NCBI RefSeq assembly: GCF_048593235.1
Contig: NC_133620.1
Span: 296,127,765 to 296,191,764 of the forward strand
Source of the DNA: Sminthopsis crassicaudata
Lineage: Eukaryota
Direction of reading: 5' to 3'
Length of the DNA stretch: 64,000 nt
Below the pieces are notes generated by a model. That model was not told the origin of the DNA, ran no database searches, and was given only the letters and a program-made list of their open reading frames with translations. The position numbers and the translations under genes are program-made. Positions 1 through 11,176 of this stretch are shown piece by piece. Position 1 is the stretch's first letter. Every line of letters begins with the position of its first letter.

Positions 1-2
1 TG

Positions 3-944
3 TCCGAGACTGCGGCGGCGTTCCCGCCGTTGCTGGAAGACTTCGATCCCAAGTCGCCCGCGGAGGAGCGGCGCGGTGACTTGAGGGATTCGGAAAAAAT
101 AGACTTACTGAAGGATCCGCACAGTGACGTCACAGAGCAACTCCCTGGACAGCCAGTCCAAGAGCCTGAGGGGCGGGGCGCCCAGGAAAACTGGCCTGCT
201 TTGTGCCCCACCCAAGTGGCTGCCTGGTTTTTTTCTTTGCTATCTGCTGTAGCTGTCTCCTTGACCCCGGACCCCGGTGCCCTACGCCTGGTCCATGCCT
301 CCCGCCATGCGGGGGTCACTACTATCCTTCTGTCCACTCCAGGCCCTCCCTCTCGGCTCTTACTCTTTGATTTGGTGCCAGGGGTCTCCGTGGCCGGTTG
401 GCCGGGGAAAACCCGGACCTACGCCTGGATGGGTTCCGTGGCCGCTGGCCCTACCTCCTACTATCTTGTGCCGGGCTACCGAGCCAAAAAGGAGGATGGG
501 CTCTGCTGGCGGATTTGCTTTGCCCGCCAGGAGCTGGCGCTCAAAGCCCGTATCCCCCAACCTCTGCTCCAAGCACACGCAGCTGCCCAGGCCTTGCTGC
601 GCCCCCTGGTGGCCGGGGCCGGCTGCGCGGCTCCCTACCTCTTGCGGACTCTGCTCTACTGGGCCTGCGAGCGACTTCCAGCCCTCTATTTGGGGCGTCC
701 AGAGAATGCCGGGGCCTGTTGCCTGGGGCTGCTTGACGAGTTAAGTCGCGGGCTCGAGGCTGGGGCACTGCCCCACTACTTTCTGGAAGGACAGGAACTG
801 GCGGCCGGGGAAAGGGCCACGGAGCTGGCCGGGGCTCTCGCCCGACTCCGGGGGGACCCTGCGGGGGCTCTCCGAACTGCGGTGGAGGAGGCCAAGACTG
901 CGCGGAAGGGGGGCGGGGTGGTGGGCGGGGGGGCATTAAAATAA
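3..944 (+). CDS. TMEM102: TMEM102, 3' part of last coding exon (Mab-21/cGAS-like fold protein); 5' end lies outside the window
   Basis: Frame is open from base 3 to TAA 942-944. The translation [53 protein letters not shown] matches the remembered TMEM102 C-terminal half. Its position upstream of FGF11 matches human synteny. Confidence 0.93.
   Translation, partial: SETAAAFPPLLEDFDPKSPAEERRGDLRDSEKIDLLKDPHSDVTEQLPGQPVQEPEGRGAQENWPALCPTQVAAWFFSLLSAVAVSLTPDPGALRLVHASRHAGVTTILLSTPGPPSRLLLFDLVPGVSVAGWPGKTRTYAWMGSVAAGPTSYYLVPGYRAKKEDGLCWRICFARQELALKARIPQPLLQAHAAAQALLRPLVAGAGCAAPYLLRTLLYWACERLPALYLGRPENAGACCLGLLDELSRGLEAGALPHYFLEGQELAAGERATELAGALARLRGDPAGALRTAVEEAKTARKGGGVVGGGALK
599..614 (-). promoter_or_regulatory. 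CTCF core motif inside TMEM102 coding exon
   Basis: Plus strand GCGCCCCCTGGTGGCC = minus strand GGCCACCAGGGGGCGC, matching the canonical CTCF core. Confidence 0.6.
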
Positions 945-945
945 A
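940..945 (+). terminator. AATAAA poly(A) signal overlapping the TMEM102 stop codon
   Basis: ...TTA AAA TAA A: AATAAA at 940-945, with a U-rich tract at about 965-976. Confidence 0.55.
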
Positions 946-1589
946 TGCGGCTGGATGGAGAATTACTTCTTTTTCAACCTTCATTCCCGTCTCTCTCCAA
1001 CCAGTGACATAACTCATTCGGGGAGACCTAGTCCTCGAATTTTCCGAGTCTGCTGGATGTCTTGGTTCTGCCCCGAAAAAAAATGCTTAATCCCGTCCTC
1101 ACTACCACCACCTCCACCCCAAAACATCTGCCATCGAGACCCTGATCCAGGGACTCCTCATTCCTTCCTCCATTCCTGCCCTCTCACAACCTCTCTTAGA
1201 ATTTCTCTAATTATGACCCTAGCTGGAAGCCAAGTAAAAGGGTGAAGGGGAGATGCTGACACAGCATGAGAGAGGAAAGATGGAGCCTGGCCAATTGGTT
1301 AGGTTGGAAATAGAACAGTTTGCCACCCCCTGGCAATGGGTTCCTTCCCCATCTCTGCTCCACATGCACTCCCCTCCCCCCGCTAAAAAGCTCTATCTTC
1401 AGCTAGCCCCTACCCCTTTTCTCATGCAGACCTCCCCCCCCCCCCAGTCAAAACTCTGCACCTTGTTCCCACTCCTGGGAGTCATGACTAGCTTGTTTGT
1501 TCCCTCCCTATATCCCCAACCACTTCCATTTCCAGGTCCTCCAACGGATCCAGGAGTCCCTTTCCACCGCCCCCCTCCCTTTTTTTAAT

Positions 1590-1990
1590 GCTGTCTCCGC
1601 CCCCTGTCCCGCCCTCGGGTAGGGTTCTTGGGCTGAGGTGGGGGAGCAGGACGCGAGCTTGCGGCTGCCGCTACGGCTGCCGTTACTGCTTCTGCTGCTT
1701 GGGTTTGCTTTCCAGTCAATCCTGCTGCTGAGGCCTGGAGTGCCGCCATCGGAGGACTGGGGACTCCCTGTGAACCCACCCCTATTTCCTTGGGGGGAGG
1801 GATAGAGAGCATCGAGGTGAATCGCGCGGGGAACCCTCTGCTGACAGGGGGACAGTGAGGGAAGAGAATGAGAGCCTGAGCCATCCATCACTGCCGGCAG
1901 CAGGATCAACAGGACAGGTTTGGGGGTCTCAGGAAAGAAAGTGGGGTGCAAGTAATTGCTTAGGAACGTGAAAGGGGATCCTGGGGAGTG
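1590..1990 (+). promoter_or_regulatory. CpG-rich segment; candidate upstream FGF11 promoter or alternative first exon
   Basis: Local CpG enrichment, GC box CCGCCC near 1597-1612, (GCT/GCC)-rich leader-like sequence, possible donors GAG|GTGAAT (1817) and CAA|GTAATT (1952). Confidence 0.4.
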
Positions 1991-3147
1991 CAGCACCGCG
2001 AGGGAGGAAGTACAAAAGACAACTTAGTCTGGGGAATACCAAGGAGAAAGTGGGGTGCAACACTTTGAAGTAGCTAGCTGGAGGTCAAATAGCTCCATAT
2101 TCTGGAAGACTGCATCAAGATTCCCCAATAATATTTTGTGAGATATCCAGAGTGAAGTTAAAGACTCATTATTTTGCGGTGACAGGATGTAAGAAGGGAC
2201 CTCCCATGCCCACTGCACCTTGATAACCCCTAAGGTGCTGGAGCTGGAAGGGCATGTTTTAAAGCGCCAGGGAAGTAGAGGTAAGGATAAGTTTAGAGGA
2301 TACAGCAACTAGGGTCTTTGGGGGTTTGAGGTGGTGGAGTGTTAACTTAATGAAAAGGGGATGATTTGGAAAGAAGCTCAGGACCCTCGCAAATGGAACC
2401 TCCCAGAAGTTCTGAGCTATAGGTTTTGATGAGAAGTGATGAGAAAAGGTAGAAGATACATTCCACTTTGGGGACTAAAGGGTGGCAAAGAGGACCCCTA
2501 ATTCCCTTTAACCTCACAGCTGCTGCACCAAGTGTTGCTGCTCGCCATAGAAGAGTTGGGATGTTGTAGTCCTCACCCTTTTAGATTTCTTTATCTGACT
2601 AGGTGGAGTTGTGAGATTCATTTCTATTATTTCCCAAAGTGAATTAAGGTTTACAAAGTCTGGGCAGCAGAGATTATATGGAGAGATGCAGAAAAACCCA
2701 GAACCTTGGAGTTACATCGATTTAAGGCCAGGACTGTGAAGGAAAGGAGAGAAAAGCTGGGGCTACGAGGAAGGGGAACCCAGGGGATTGACTCCAAGAG
2801 CTGGGCAATCGCAAAGCTTGAACCAAGAAGAGTTTAAGGATTCCCTTCAAGTTAAGGGATTACAGGGGGAAAGGGCAATTGAAAGGGTCCCTTTTGAGGT
2901 ACTTAGGAGGGCTTATTGGGGTACTACTACTTGACGGCAAAGAATCCAGGAACGCAGGAGGAGTATATGGGATAAATTTGTTTTCATTTTTGGGGTGAGA
3001 GCATTCTGGGAGCTAGCTTGAGGATTGTGTCCTATTAAGGAACCTCCATATACTTTGGGTTGTATATCTCCTTTGTGAGAGTGGCAGAGTTAAGGGACAT
3101 CATAGGGAGATTCGACTGTCCCCTAAACGGAGGGAAGGTGGTTGGAG

Positions 3148-6100
3148 ATGGCGGCGCTGGCCAGCAGTCTGATCCGGCAGAAAAGAGAGGTACGAGACCC
3201 TGGGACAAGCCGACCGGTGTCAGCCCAACGGCGAGTGTGTCCGAGGGGTACTAAGTCCTTGTGTCAGAAACAGATATTGATTCTGCTCTCCAAGGTCCGT
3301 CTGTGTGGGGGGCGACGGGCGCGGCCGGACAGGGCACCGGGTGAGTGATAACAGTTGGGGTTTGGGGCTCCTGAGTAGGTTGAGGTGAAAGCTAAAATAA
3401 AGGTGAAATCTCGGGAAAGAAAAACTAGATACCTGGGAGAGCAGCTGAGCGAGGAGAACCAGGGAAGGCTGGACGAAAATATTTTAGAGGGCTTAGTTGA
3501 CTCTTGGATAAGATAGACGAAAACTCCCTACTGAGAAATGGGCAATGAGGAGACTACAATTTCAAATATTCTCCCTTTCTGCTGCTCCTCAGTTTCCTTT
3601 CTCTGCACCCACATAATCCTGATACTCTCTAAAGCTAAGGGAAAAGTGAGGGTTTTAACGGAGTTTAAATCCCGATCCTCTTAGGAACTCAAGCATCCAG
3701 TGTCCCCACTCCCTTTCAGCATTGCCTGGCCCTATATGTGCATTTTTCTTCCTATCCTTTTGCTGCTTTGCTAAAAGCCCCTAACTGAGAGTACCGAGGA
3801 CTCAGAACGCTTGGGTCACACAACCTGGTTTCCTCGATTCTGCGACGCCCTTTTCTTTTTTCCCCTGTTTAGCTGGTCATCCCATTCGCCTTCCTCTACT
3901 ATTTTGTTACCCCGATTTCTAGCTTGGATCTTTCTCGTTCTGGTTCTGAGACAACCTTCCGAACTCTCCCTAGGGTGTCCTTGCAGATCAGCCCTTCCCC
4001 CATCCCTGCCTCCTAGCTTCCTCCCCCGCTCCCCACTCTGCTCTCCCTGTCCGATCTCAGAATTCTACTGTGTCCTCTCCCTTTCCCCTCCTTCACACCC
4101 AGGGGACGGAACCAGGAATGTCTTTTGGAATCTCCTCCCTAGTTCTTTTCACACCCCTAACTCCTGCTTCCCTCAAGAACACAAAGCCCTGGCACCGCTG
4201 GACTGGCTGCCCCTCCCCACGAGAACCCAGGTTTCAGAACAGAACGTGGGGGAATTAGAGGGATGAGGTGGGGTGGGGGACTCGGACTGGAAAGACTGCT
4301 TGGGACTGTACCACTCGCAGATGAGCAGGGGGTACTACATGAAATTCCCTTTGAGGACTTATACTGTGAGAAAAAGGGGTGAAGAAGAGACCACCATGTC
4401 TCAAAAAGAGGAGCTTTCCCTGTCCTCCCTTCCCCATTTTTCCAAATTAATTACAGAGGGGTAGTGAACAACCTCCACCCCAAGTTCTCGTTTAATTATT
4501 CCTCTTCCCACCCACTCTGCCTTTTTCTGTGGTACAGTCCAGAGCCCACCCTCTGGAAATGTCCCTTTTGCCCTTCTATTCCACACCCCTCTAGCCCTTC
4601 CACACATTTATGCACAGTCTTTCAGTTACACTCATCCTTTGTGTGCACTACTATAATCTTTCCTCCCCCATTTGGAAGTCCGGGGTCCTTAATGCTAATA
4701 AGGATTGGAGAAGGACTGGATTCCCCTATTTCTGGTTCCCCAGAAAGACAGGCTTGTGGCAGGCTGATTAGTGGCACAGATGACCAGGCAGACGGCAGAG
4801 GCCCAAGCCAGGCTGGGCAGCATCAGGTGCTGAGTCAGCGAACCTAATTCCAGCAGTCAACTCCCTTCCCCCATAGCTTATGTAGCCCCCTTCCCCCACC
4901 GTACAATCTGTGGTTACCCACTACAAAAACTAGTGGTTCTTTGTAGTGACAAAGTCTTTTCCTCTTATCATAAATCCTTCCCCTCCCCCTCCAACTCAGC
5001 TATTGAGTAGGAACTAAACTACTAATAAATTTCAATAAATTAAACTAAGAGCCAATGGTGGGGGCAGGGACAGGGTGCAAAATTCCCCAGGAGACTGAAA
5101 GGCCAAAGCTAAAGGGTTATATTCAATGGGTCTATGAAAGAGCCGTTGACCTTAGTTCTCCCTAATTACTTTCCCCACTTTCCTCACCCCCCCCCATTTC
5201 TAGGATCAAACTTAGAAAGAAAAATCTTTATTAAAATTAATATCAAGTTCTTCCTATCTCTTTCTCCTTAGAACCCCAGCTCAAAGGCATCATCACAAAG
5301 CTTTTCTGCCGTCAAGGTTTCTATCTCCAGGCCAATCCAGATGGGAGCATCAATGGGACACAAGAGGATACCAGCTCCTTCAGTGAGGGGGAGAAGGGAA
5401 TTTGGGGAATGGGGAGAGTTAGAAAGGAAGAAAGACGTGCTTAGGGCTTCTCTTCTCTCACTGTACTCTAAGGCACTGGCAACCGGGCCCCTGAAGAAAT
5501 AGTTTATTCCCTGTCTACCCAGTAACTTTCCAATCTTGTTTCTGTTATTGACATCCATGAGTGGGGATGGGCCAGAGTAGAGTAGCTGTCCCTGGAATAG
5601 AACTGATGGTAGGGTGAAATAATGAGAGGCTCAGGGTTTTATTGTTTGGTTGGTTGAGTTTTTTTGAGGAGGTGGGCACAAGACATCCTAAGGATTGAGG
5701 GGTCAGAGGTTAGATGCCTTGGCTCTCTAACTCTCATTCTACCCTCCAGCTCAGTTTAACCTGATCCCTGTGGGTCTCCGAGTTGTCACTATCCAGAGCA
5801 CCAAGCTGGGGCACTATGTAGCCATGAATGCTGAGGGGCTACTCTACAGTTCGGTGAGACTCTCCTCACTTTCCTCTGTCCTGGTGAAAGACCTAGCTGG
5901 GACCCTTCTCTCGGTCACTTTCCCTGGTAATCCCACAATTGACCCTCTTCTCAATCCTTCAGATCCTTTAGACACTCTACAACAGTCATCAGTCTCAAAA
6001 TCATTTCCCTTTCTGAATCCCCTAATTTTTTCCTAAGATTTTCCTTCCCATATCCTATTGGGCCATTTTTGAGCTCTTGTCTCAATAACCTTCATCATAT

Positions 6101-8776
6101 CCATTCACCTCACAAGAGGTTCTTGAGAGAGATAATTTCCAGATTTCTTTAGTCTTTGCAAAGGACATCCTCACAACTACATGCCAGGACCCCATGTGGC
6201 TTCTCTTCTCTCAGTATCTCTCTATATGCCCAGTTTTAGTTATGACTAGGAGAGCCAGACAGGGCATGTGGAAAGAGAGATCTGAGTTCTTCCATAACTC
6301 TGCCAGTAATGCATTCCTTGACCAAATAATTACACTCTCTGAGACTCATCAACAAAAAGAGAAGTTGGACTAAAATATCATAGAATCCTAGAACTCAAGC
6401 CAGAGGGGACTTTAGCATCCATCTGTTCCATTCCTCTCCTTTTACAGGTGAAGAAACGGAGGACTAGGGAAGTTAGTTATTTGCCCAAGCATTTCTTTAT
6501 TCCTATTGTTCCCCTCCAGTTTGGAGCCGGGAATCCACTAGAGTACAAGTTGTCAAACTTTTTGCTTCTGTTTTACAATCTTAAAAGTTTCTATTAATAA
6601 GCCAAAGAGTTTTTGTTTGTGTGGGTTACATCAATAAATATTTAACATGCTAAAAATGAAAACATAAGTTTTAAAAGATATTTATTAATTCATTTAAAAT
6701 AGTAAAACTAAACCTAGTACATGTTAAACATGTTAGGACAGCTAGGCGGTTGTGGATAAAGCACCAGGCCTGATATCTGATTTTACAGGATTCATCTTTC
6801 TGAATTAAAATTGGGCCTCAGATACTAGCTCTGTGACCTTGGGCAAGTCACTTCATCCTGTTTGTCTCAGTTTTCTCATCTGTAAAATGAGCTGGAGAAG
6901 GAAATGGCAAGCCGCTCCAATATCTTTGCCAAGAAAACTTTAAATGGGGTCATGAAGAGTCTGATATGGTGAATATCAAACATATGTTAATCGATATGAC
7001 AATTTTTTTTGAAAAATAACTACATTATCCAAAACATAAAAAACTTAGTGAAAAAATAGCATTATTTTACATATTTTTGCAAATCTCTTTAATGTCTGGC
7101 TTAATAGAAAACAACTAGATTTTCTTATATACTTTTGTATTCAATTTGTTGTGATTTTTTTTGGTTAAAGTGGAGTGGGCAGCTAAGTGGCACAGTGGAT
7201 AGAACACCAGTCCTGGAATCAGAATGGCCTCAGATACTTGACACTTATTAGATGTATGACCTTGGGCAAGTCACAAAACCCTCACCAAACAATATAGCCT
7301 CACCAAAAAGAATAAAAATAAACTATATGAAGACAATATATCCTCACATGGTAAGAAGTTGAAAAATCAAGGTGTATTTTAATAGTCAAATAATTTTTTA
7401 GCATTATTATAAAAACAGTTTGGGAGCTTGAGACCTCTCCTCACTGAAGGACTCCCAAGGATCTGCAGACCACACTTAGAGAACTATTATAGTAGAGGAA
7501 AAGGAAGGGATTAGTTAGAGTGAGAGGGATAGGAGTCAGGTTGGATAATTAGCTATAGCAACACACAGAAATCCACCCTCAAATCTACAGGCATTTGGGC
7601 TCAAAGAGCTCACTTTTATTTCATGCCCTCAGCACTTAGAGGATTTGATTCCATATGTAGATTTTATGTATCATTTCTCAAAGGGGGAAGGGGAGGCTCA
7701 AGCCTGAGGAACATCAGCCTCTTGCACAATAATATCAATTTCTCTTTCTTCTTCTCTGCCTTTGTTTTTTTCTTTCTGTGACCTTATCCTCAAGCCACAC
7801 TTTACAGCAGAGTGTCGCTTTAAGGAGTGCGTCTTTGAGAATTATTATGTCCTCTACGCTTCTGCCCTCTACCGCCAGCGTCGTTCAGGCCGAGCCTGGT
7901 ATTTAGGTTTGGACAAGGAGGGCCATGTCATGAAGGGAAATCGAGTCAAGAAGACCAAAGCGGCTGCCCACTTTGTGCCTAAGCTCCTCGAAGGTACGAA
8001 CATCTCAGGGATGAGAGAGTCTGTCATGTCAAATACATTTCCACTACCACAGAAAAGATCCTGTCTATCTTCACATCCTAGGAGGGTTATATATCAAATA
8101 TTTCAAACTAGGTCGTAACAAAAGGAAGTCTTGTCATGATAGGGAGGCATGCTCTTTATTACTATGTATGGCAAAGCTTCTGCTTTTGTTTGTATGTGTT
8201 TTGCTTTTTTTTTTTTTCAATGAAAACATTTTATATTGTGACAGAAAAGTTGTATAATGATAATAGAAAGACAGACTCTGTTGGGGCAGGGGTGAGAAGG
8301 GCTGATCTATAAATACTAAATGCTTTTAAAATGGGGTATACAAGATAAGGGAGGGGGAAAAGAATTGAACTAGATTATTTCCGAATTCTAAGATGTGCTC
8401 TGTCCAGGGCCCACTTGGAGGGAGGAGGGAAATTAGTAGAAATAGAGGTCAACAGTAGCAACACAGAAAGAAGTCAACCAAGTATCAAAACAGTGGCATC
8501 TTCATAGAACCAGAAAATTATAGGTTTTAAAATTAGAAGGATCCTTAAAGATCATCTAATCTATCTATCATTTTGATCAAAAAAGGCTATGGTAATATCT
8601 TCCTTTATATTTCTCCATTGCTTATTTCTGTGTTTCTTGGTCCCTGACTATTTCTCTTTCTCTGTTCCATCCTTCTCACAGTGGCCATGTACCGGGAGCC
8701 TTCCCTGCACAATGTACCTGAGACATCGCCTGCAAATGACAAGCCTCCTCCAGCCTCTTTGCCTCCTGAAACATAA
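3148..8776 (+). CDS. FGF11: Fibroblast growth factor 11 (FHF3), 233 aa; join(3148..3340,5272..5382,5750..5853,7795..7993,8682..8776)
   Basis: [26 protein letters not shown] / [16 protein letters not shown] / [11 protein letters not shown] / [18 protein letters not shown] / [10 protein letters not shown]. All introns are GT-AG, exon sizes are 193/111/104/199/95, and the total of 702 nt is in frame. Confidence 0.97.
6736..6973 (+). mobile_element. Marsupial CORE-SINE (MAR1-like) with RTE-derived 3' end
   Basis: tRNA-like head GGACAGCTAGG..GTGGATAAAGCAC, CORE TGTGACCTTGGGCAAGTCACTT..CTCATCTGTAAAATG, tail GGAGAAGGAAATGGCAAGCCGCTCC. Confidence 0.8.
7177..7292 (+). mobile_element. Marsupial SINE (WSINE1/MAR1-like)
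   Basis: GGGCAGCTAAGTGGCACAGTGGATAGAACACC..ATGACCTTGGGCAAGTCAC. Confidence 0.75.
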
Positions 8777-10891
8777 CCCTGATATCTGGGACCACCCCTC
8801 AAGTCTTCCATCAAGACAGCCATACAGATCCCAGACTGAGCTAGTCATTCTGGTCTCTCATCCTGTTGCATTCCTTCCTTGCCACTCCCCTGCCACAAGC
8901 CATAAATCCCTAATTTAAAATATTTCTAACTTTCCTTAGGCAATGTAGGGAGGACTACAAAAGTGTGGCCATTATAGGTAACCCAGCCTTATCAGAAAGA
9001 TTATGTATTGTTTGTAACTTTTGGGCTGTTGCTGCAAAACTGAAATTCTAGTAAGATCTGCTTTTCTGACAATTTTCTGTATCAAAGAACCCTTACAGAG
9101 GATTTGAAACATTGCTATGTCATTAAGGGGCCTAATTAATATGTTTTTTTGTTTTTTTTTCATTTTCTACTCAAGCTTTCAGAAAACTTCCTGAGAGATG
9201 AAGCTGTGGGTACTAAATAAGGATAGACAAAACCTGTTTTCTAGGGTCCTTTGCCATTTTACATAACCACAGAGCTACAGTCAACTAGAGCACAGTTCTT
9301 TTACTCTGGATTACCTCCCTTCCCCCAGATTTCTGACTTTGTTCTGGATATATTCCGAAATCTAGATCCCACCCAGAGTCAATTTGCCATCAAAATCGTC
9401 TTTATTACGGTATCAGCTATTCTGAGTCATTGAAGATTAATAATGTTGATAAAGATTGATTCTTGATCTAGATATGGAAGAACCCCACAACAAGAACACA
9501 GCATAGACATTGTCTTGGTCTTCACTGAGCTCCACTGTAAACTATCACTATCCTGACATCTGGCCTGCAGGCACCTAGTTCTAGAATCTGTTCTACTGAC
9601 TTAGGGTTCTAGCTTATAGCTGAAATTATTCCCTCTCCTTAGTTGGAGCTAGAGTCTGAATAGCCACATGCTTGCACTAGGAGGCATTCTAGACAATGGA
9701 TCACACTTATACCATAAATGCTATTTGTGGTCCAGAAAGATTACATTACATATGGATCAAAACCCATGTCCTTTGTCTGTAGAAAGTTTTCTAAAAAACC
9801 TTATTCTTCCATATAGGGGAAAAAACCCAAATCCATCCTCTTTTTAAATGCACTTTCTAAAGCTTAGGATTCAATCTCTCCCTAAACATAGCTAGTTGCA
9901 GGGCAAAAGGACTGGGGAGTCTAAGGGTAAGGAGATGGCAAAATTCCTGTTTAATGAACTTTCAGGGTGAAGGCACAGAGACCCTTGGGTGAGAGGGAGG
10001 AAAACATCTGGAGGTGGAGACTATGAGAACAAATTCTTATTATATGGAAATATGAATACTTAGCTACCTCACTAGGGACTTCTTAGGGGTCCTCCATAAA
10101 TATAATGAAATTGTCACTGGCTGTGATGGAAAGAGGATAATGAGCCAACTGGTCCAAGCTGTGCATAAAAGAACAAATAAGGAACCATCTAAATCAGCAA
10201 TAACATTCTTATCTTGGTCAAGAAATGTTAGGGAACTTTGGTTCTAAATCTCATTTCTCCCAAATTTTAAACCTGGGTTTTCTAAGAATTTTGCTAGGGA
10301 ATCAAAATCTTTGGAAGATCTTAACCAATCTTGAAAGGCTTCAAGTATGCCCCAGACAGAGTTTGTTCAAATTGTCAAGTTGTATTCAGGCTGATGAACT
10401 TTGCAGGTAAGGCCAGTTTCAAAGGCTATTTGCTAAATTGCAAGGAGGTTTGTAATTTATAGTGGAGTGCTCAAACTGCTGAGATCACAAATCCTTGGAA
10501 TTATGGAAAAAATATTGAAATAATGAATGTGGTTGTAAATCACACTTCAACTAGGTTGAACCAAAGAAAGGGATGCTTGGCAGATGGAATAAATAAGCCT
10601 AAAATGAGAATAGACCTAATCAGTTGAGGAGTACAGGGGAATAGGGGAGTTGTACTCCAATTCCCTAGGAACATCAGGAAGAAACTAAGGCAATGATGGC
10701 AACACATAGGAATCACTAGGAGAAAGAATATTGAATGAGGGATTATCTCTCAGAATCTATTTCAACCTCCCCAGATTACTACATGATTGATGAAACCTCA
10801 ATCCCATCCAATGCCCTACTATCACAGACACCAACTGCCCATGAATCCTCTTGCTCCAAGAACAAGGGTCTTTCTCTTGCTCATTTCCTCT

Positions 10892-10897
10892 ATTAAA
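10892..10897 (+). terminator. Probable distal FGF11 poly(A) signal (ATTAAA); another AATAAA at 10588-10593
   Basis: ATTAAA followed by a GU/U-rich stretch, about 280 nt upstream of the CHRNB1 ATG. Confidence 0.5.
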
Positions 10898-11056
10898 GGC
10901 AATTTGTACAATTTCTATGTCTGTTCTGGAACTGGGAAAACTGGGAGTTTCGATTGGGAAAGGGTAGCTGAGCAGGAGATAAAATTACTTTTAATGTTCA
11001 GAGCAGGGGACAAAAGAAACGACATGACAGAAAAAGTTTTAGAGCTAGGGTCCCAG

Positions 11057-11089
11057 CAGCTGCAGACATGTGAACAGGTGCACATTCCT
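11057..11089 (+). promoter_or_regulatory. CHRNB1 muscle promoter: E-boxes CAGCTG (11057), CATGTG (11067), CAGGTG (11075) and M-CAT CATTCCT (11083)
   Basis: Motifs read directly about 90-120 nt upstream of the ATG. Adjacent E-boxes plus an M-CAT box is the described architecture of the rodent AChR beta promoter. Confidence 0.75.
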
Positions 11090-11176
11090 AAACTCCTAGT
11101 CATTTCCTCTGCCACCGGATCCCAGCTCACTTGGGTTGTGGAGCCAGTCTAGGGAGAGCAGAGGACAGTGGAAAGC

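Larger units (their letters stand above)
6545..7490. mobile_element. Degraded hAT/Charlie-like DNA transposon containing two SINE insertions
   Basis: Ends resemble Charlie-type termini (CAAGTTGTCAAACTTTT ... CAGACCACACTTAGAGAACTA) with an AT-rich interior. Boundaries are approximate. Confidence 0.5.

Noticed and set aside
1868-1885. ATGAGAGCCTGAGCC as a disrupted 'MSLSP' FGF11 alternative exon
   Set aside because: No in-phase donor follows, and the exon 2 acceptor region (5256-5273) explains that N-terminus better. This is probably a chance resemblance.
1988-2005. RE1/NRSE-like CAGCACC near FGF11
   Set aside because: Only the left half-site is present; the GGACAG half is absent.
4390-4466. 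CCACCATG ORF in FGF11 intron 1 as an alternative first coding exon
   Set aside because: The only nearby GT (4461) is weak and phase 2, incompatible with the phase-1 exon 2.
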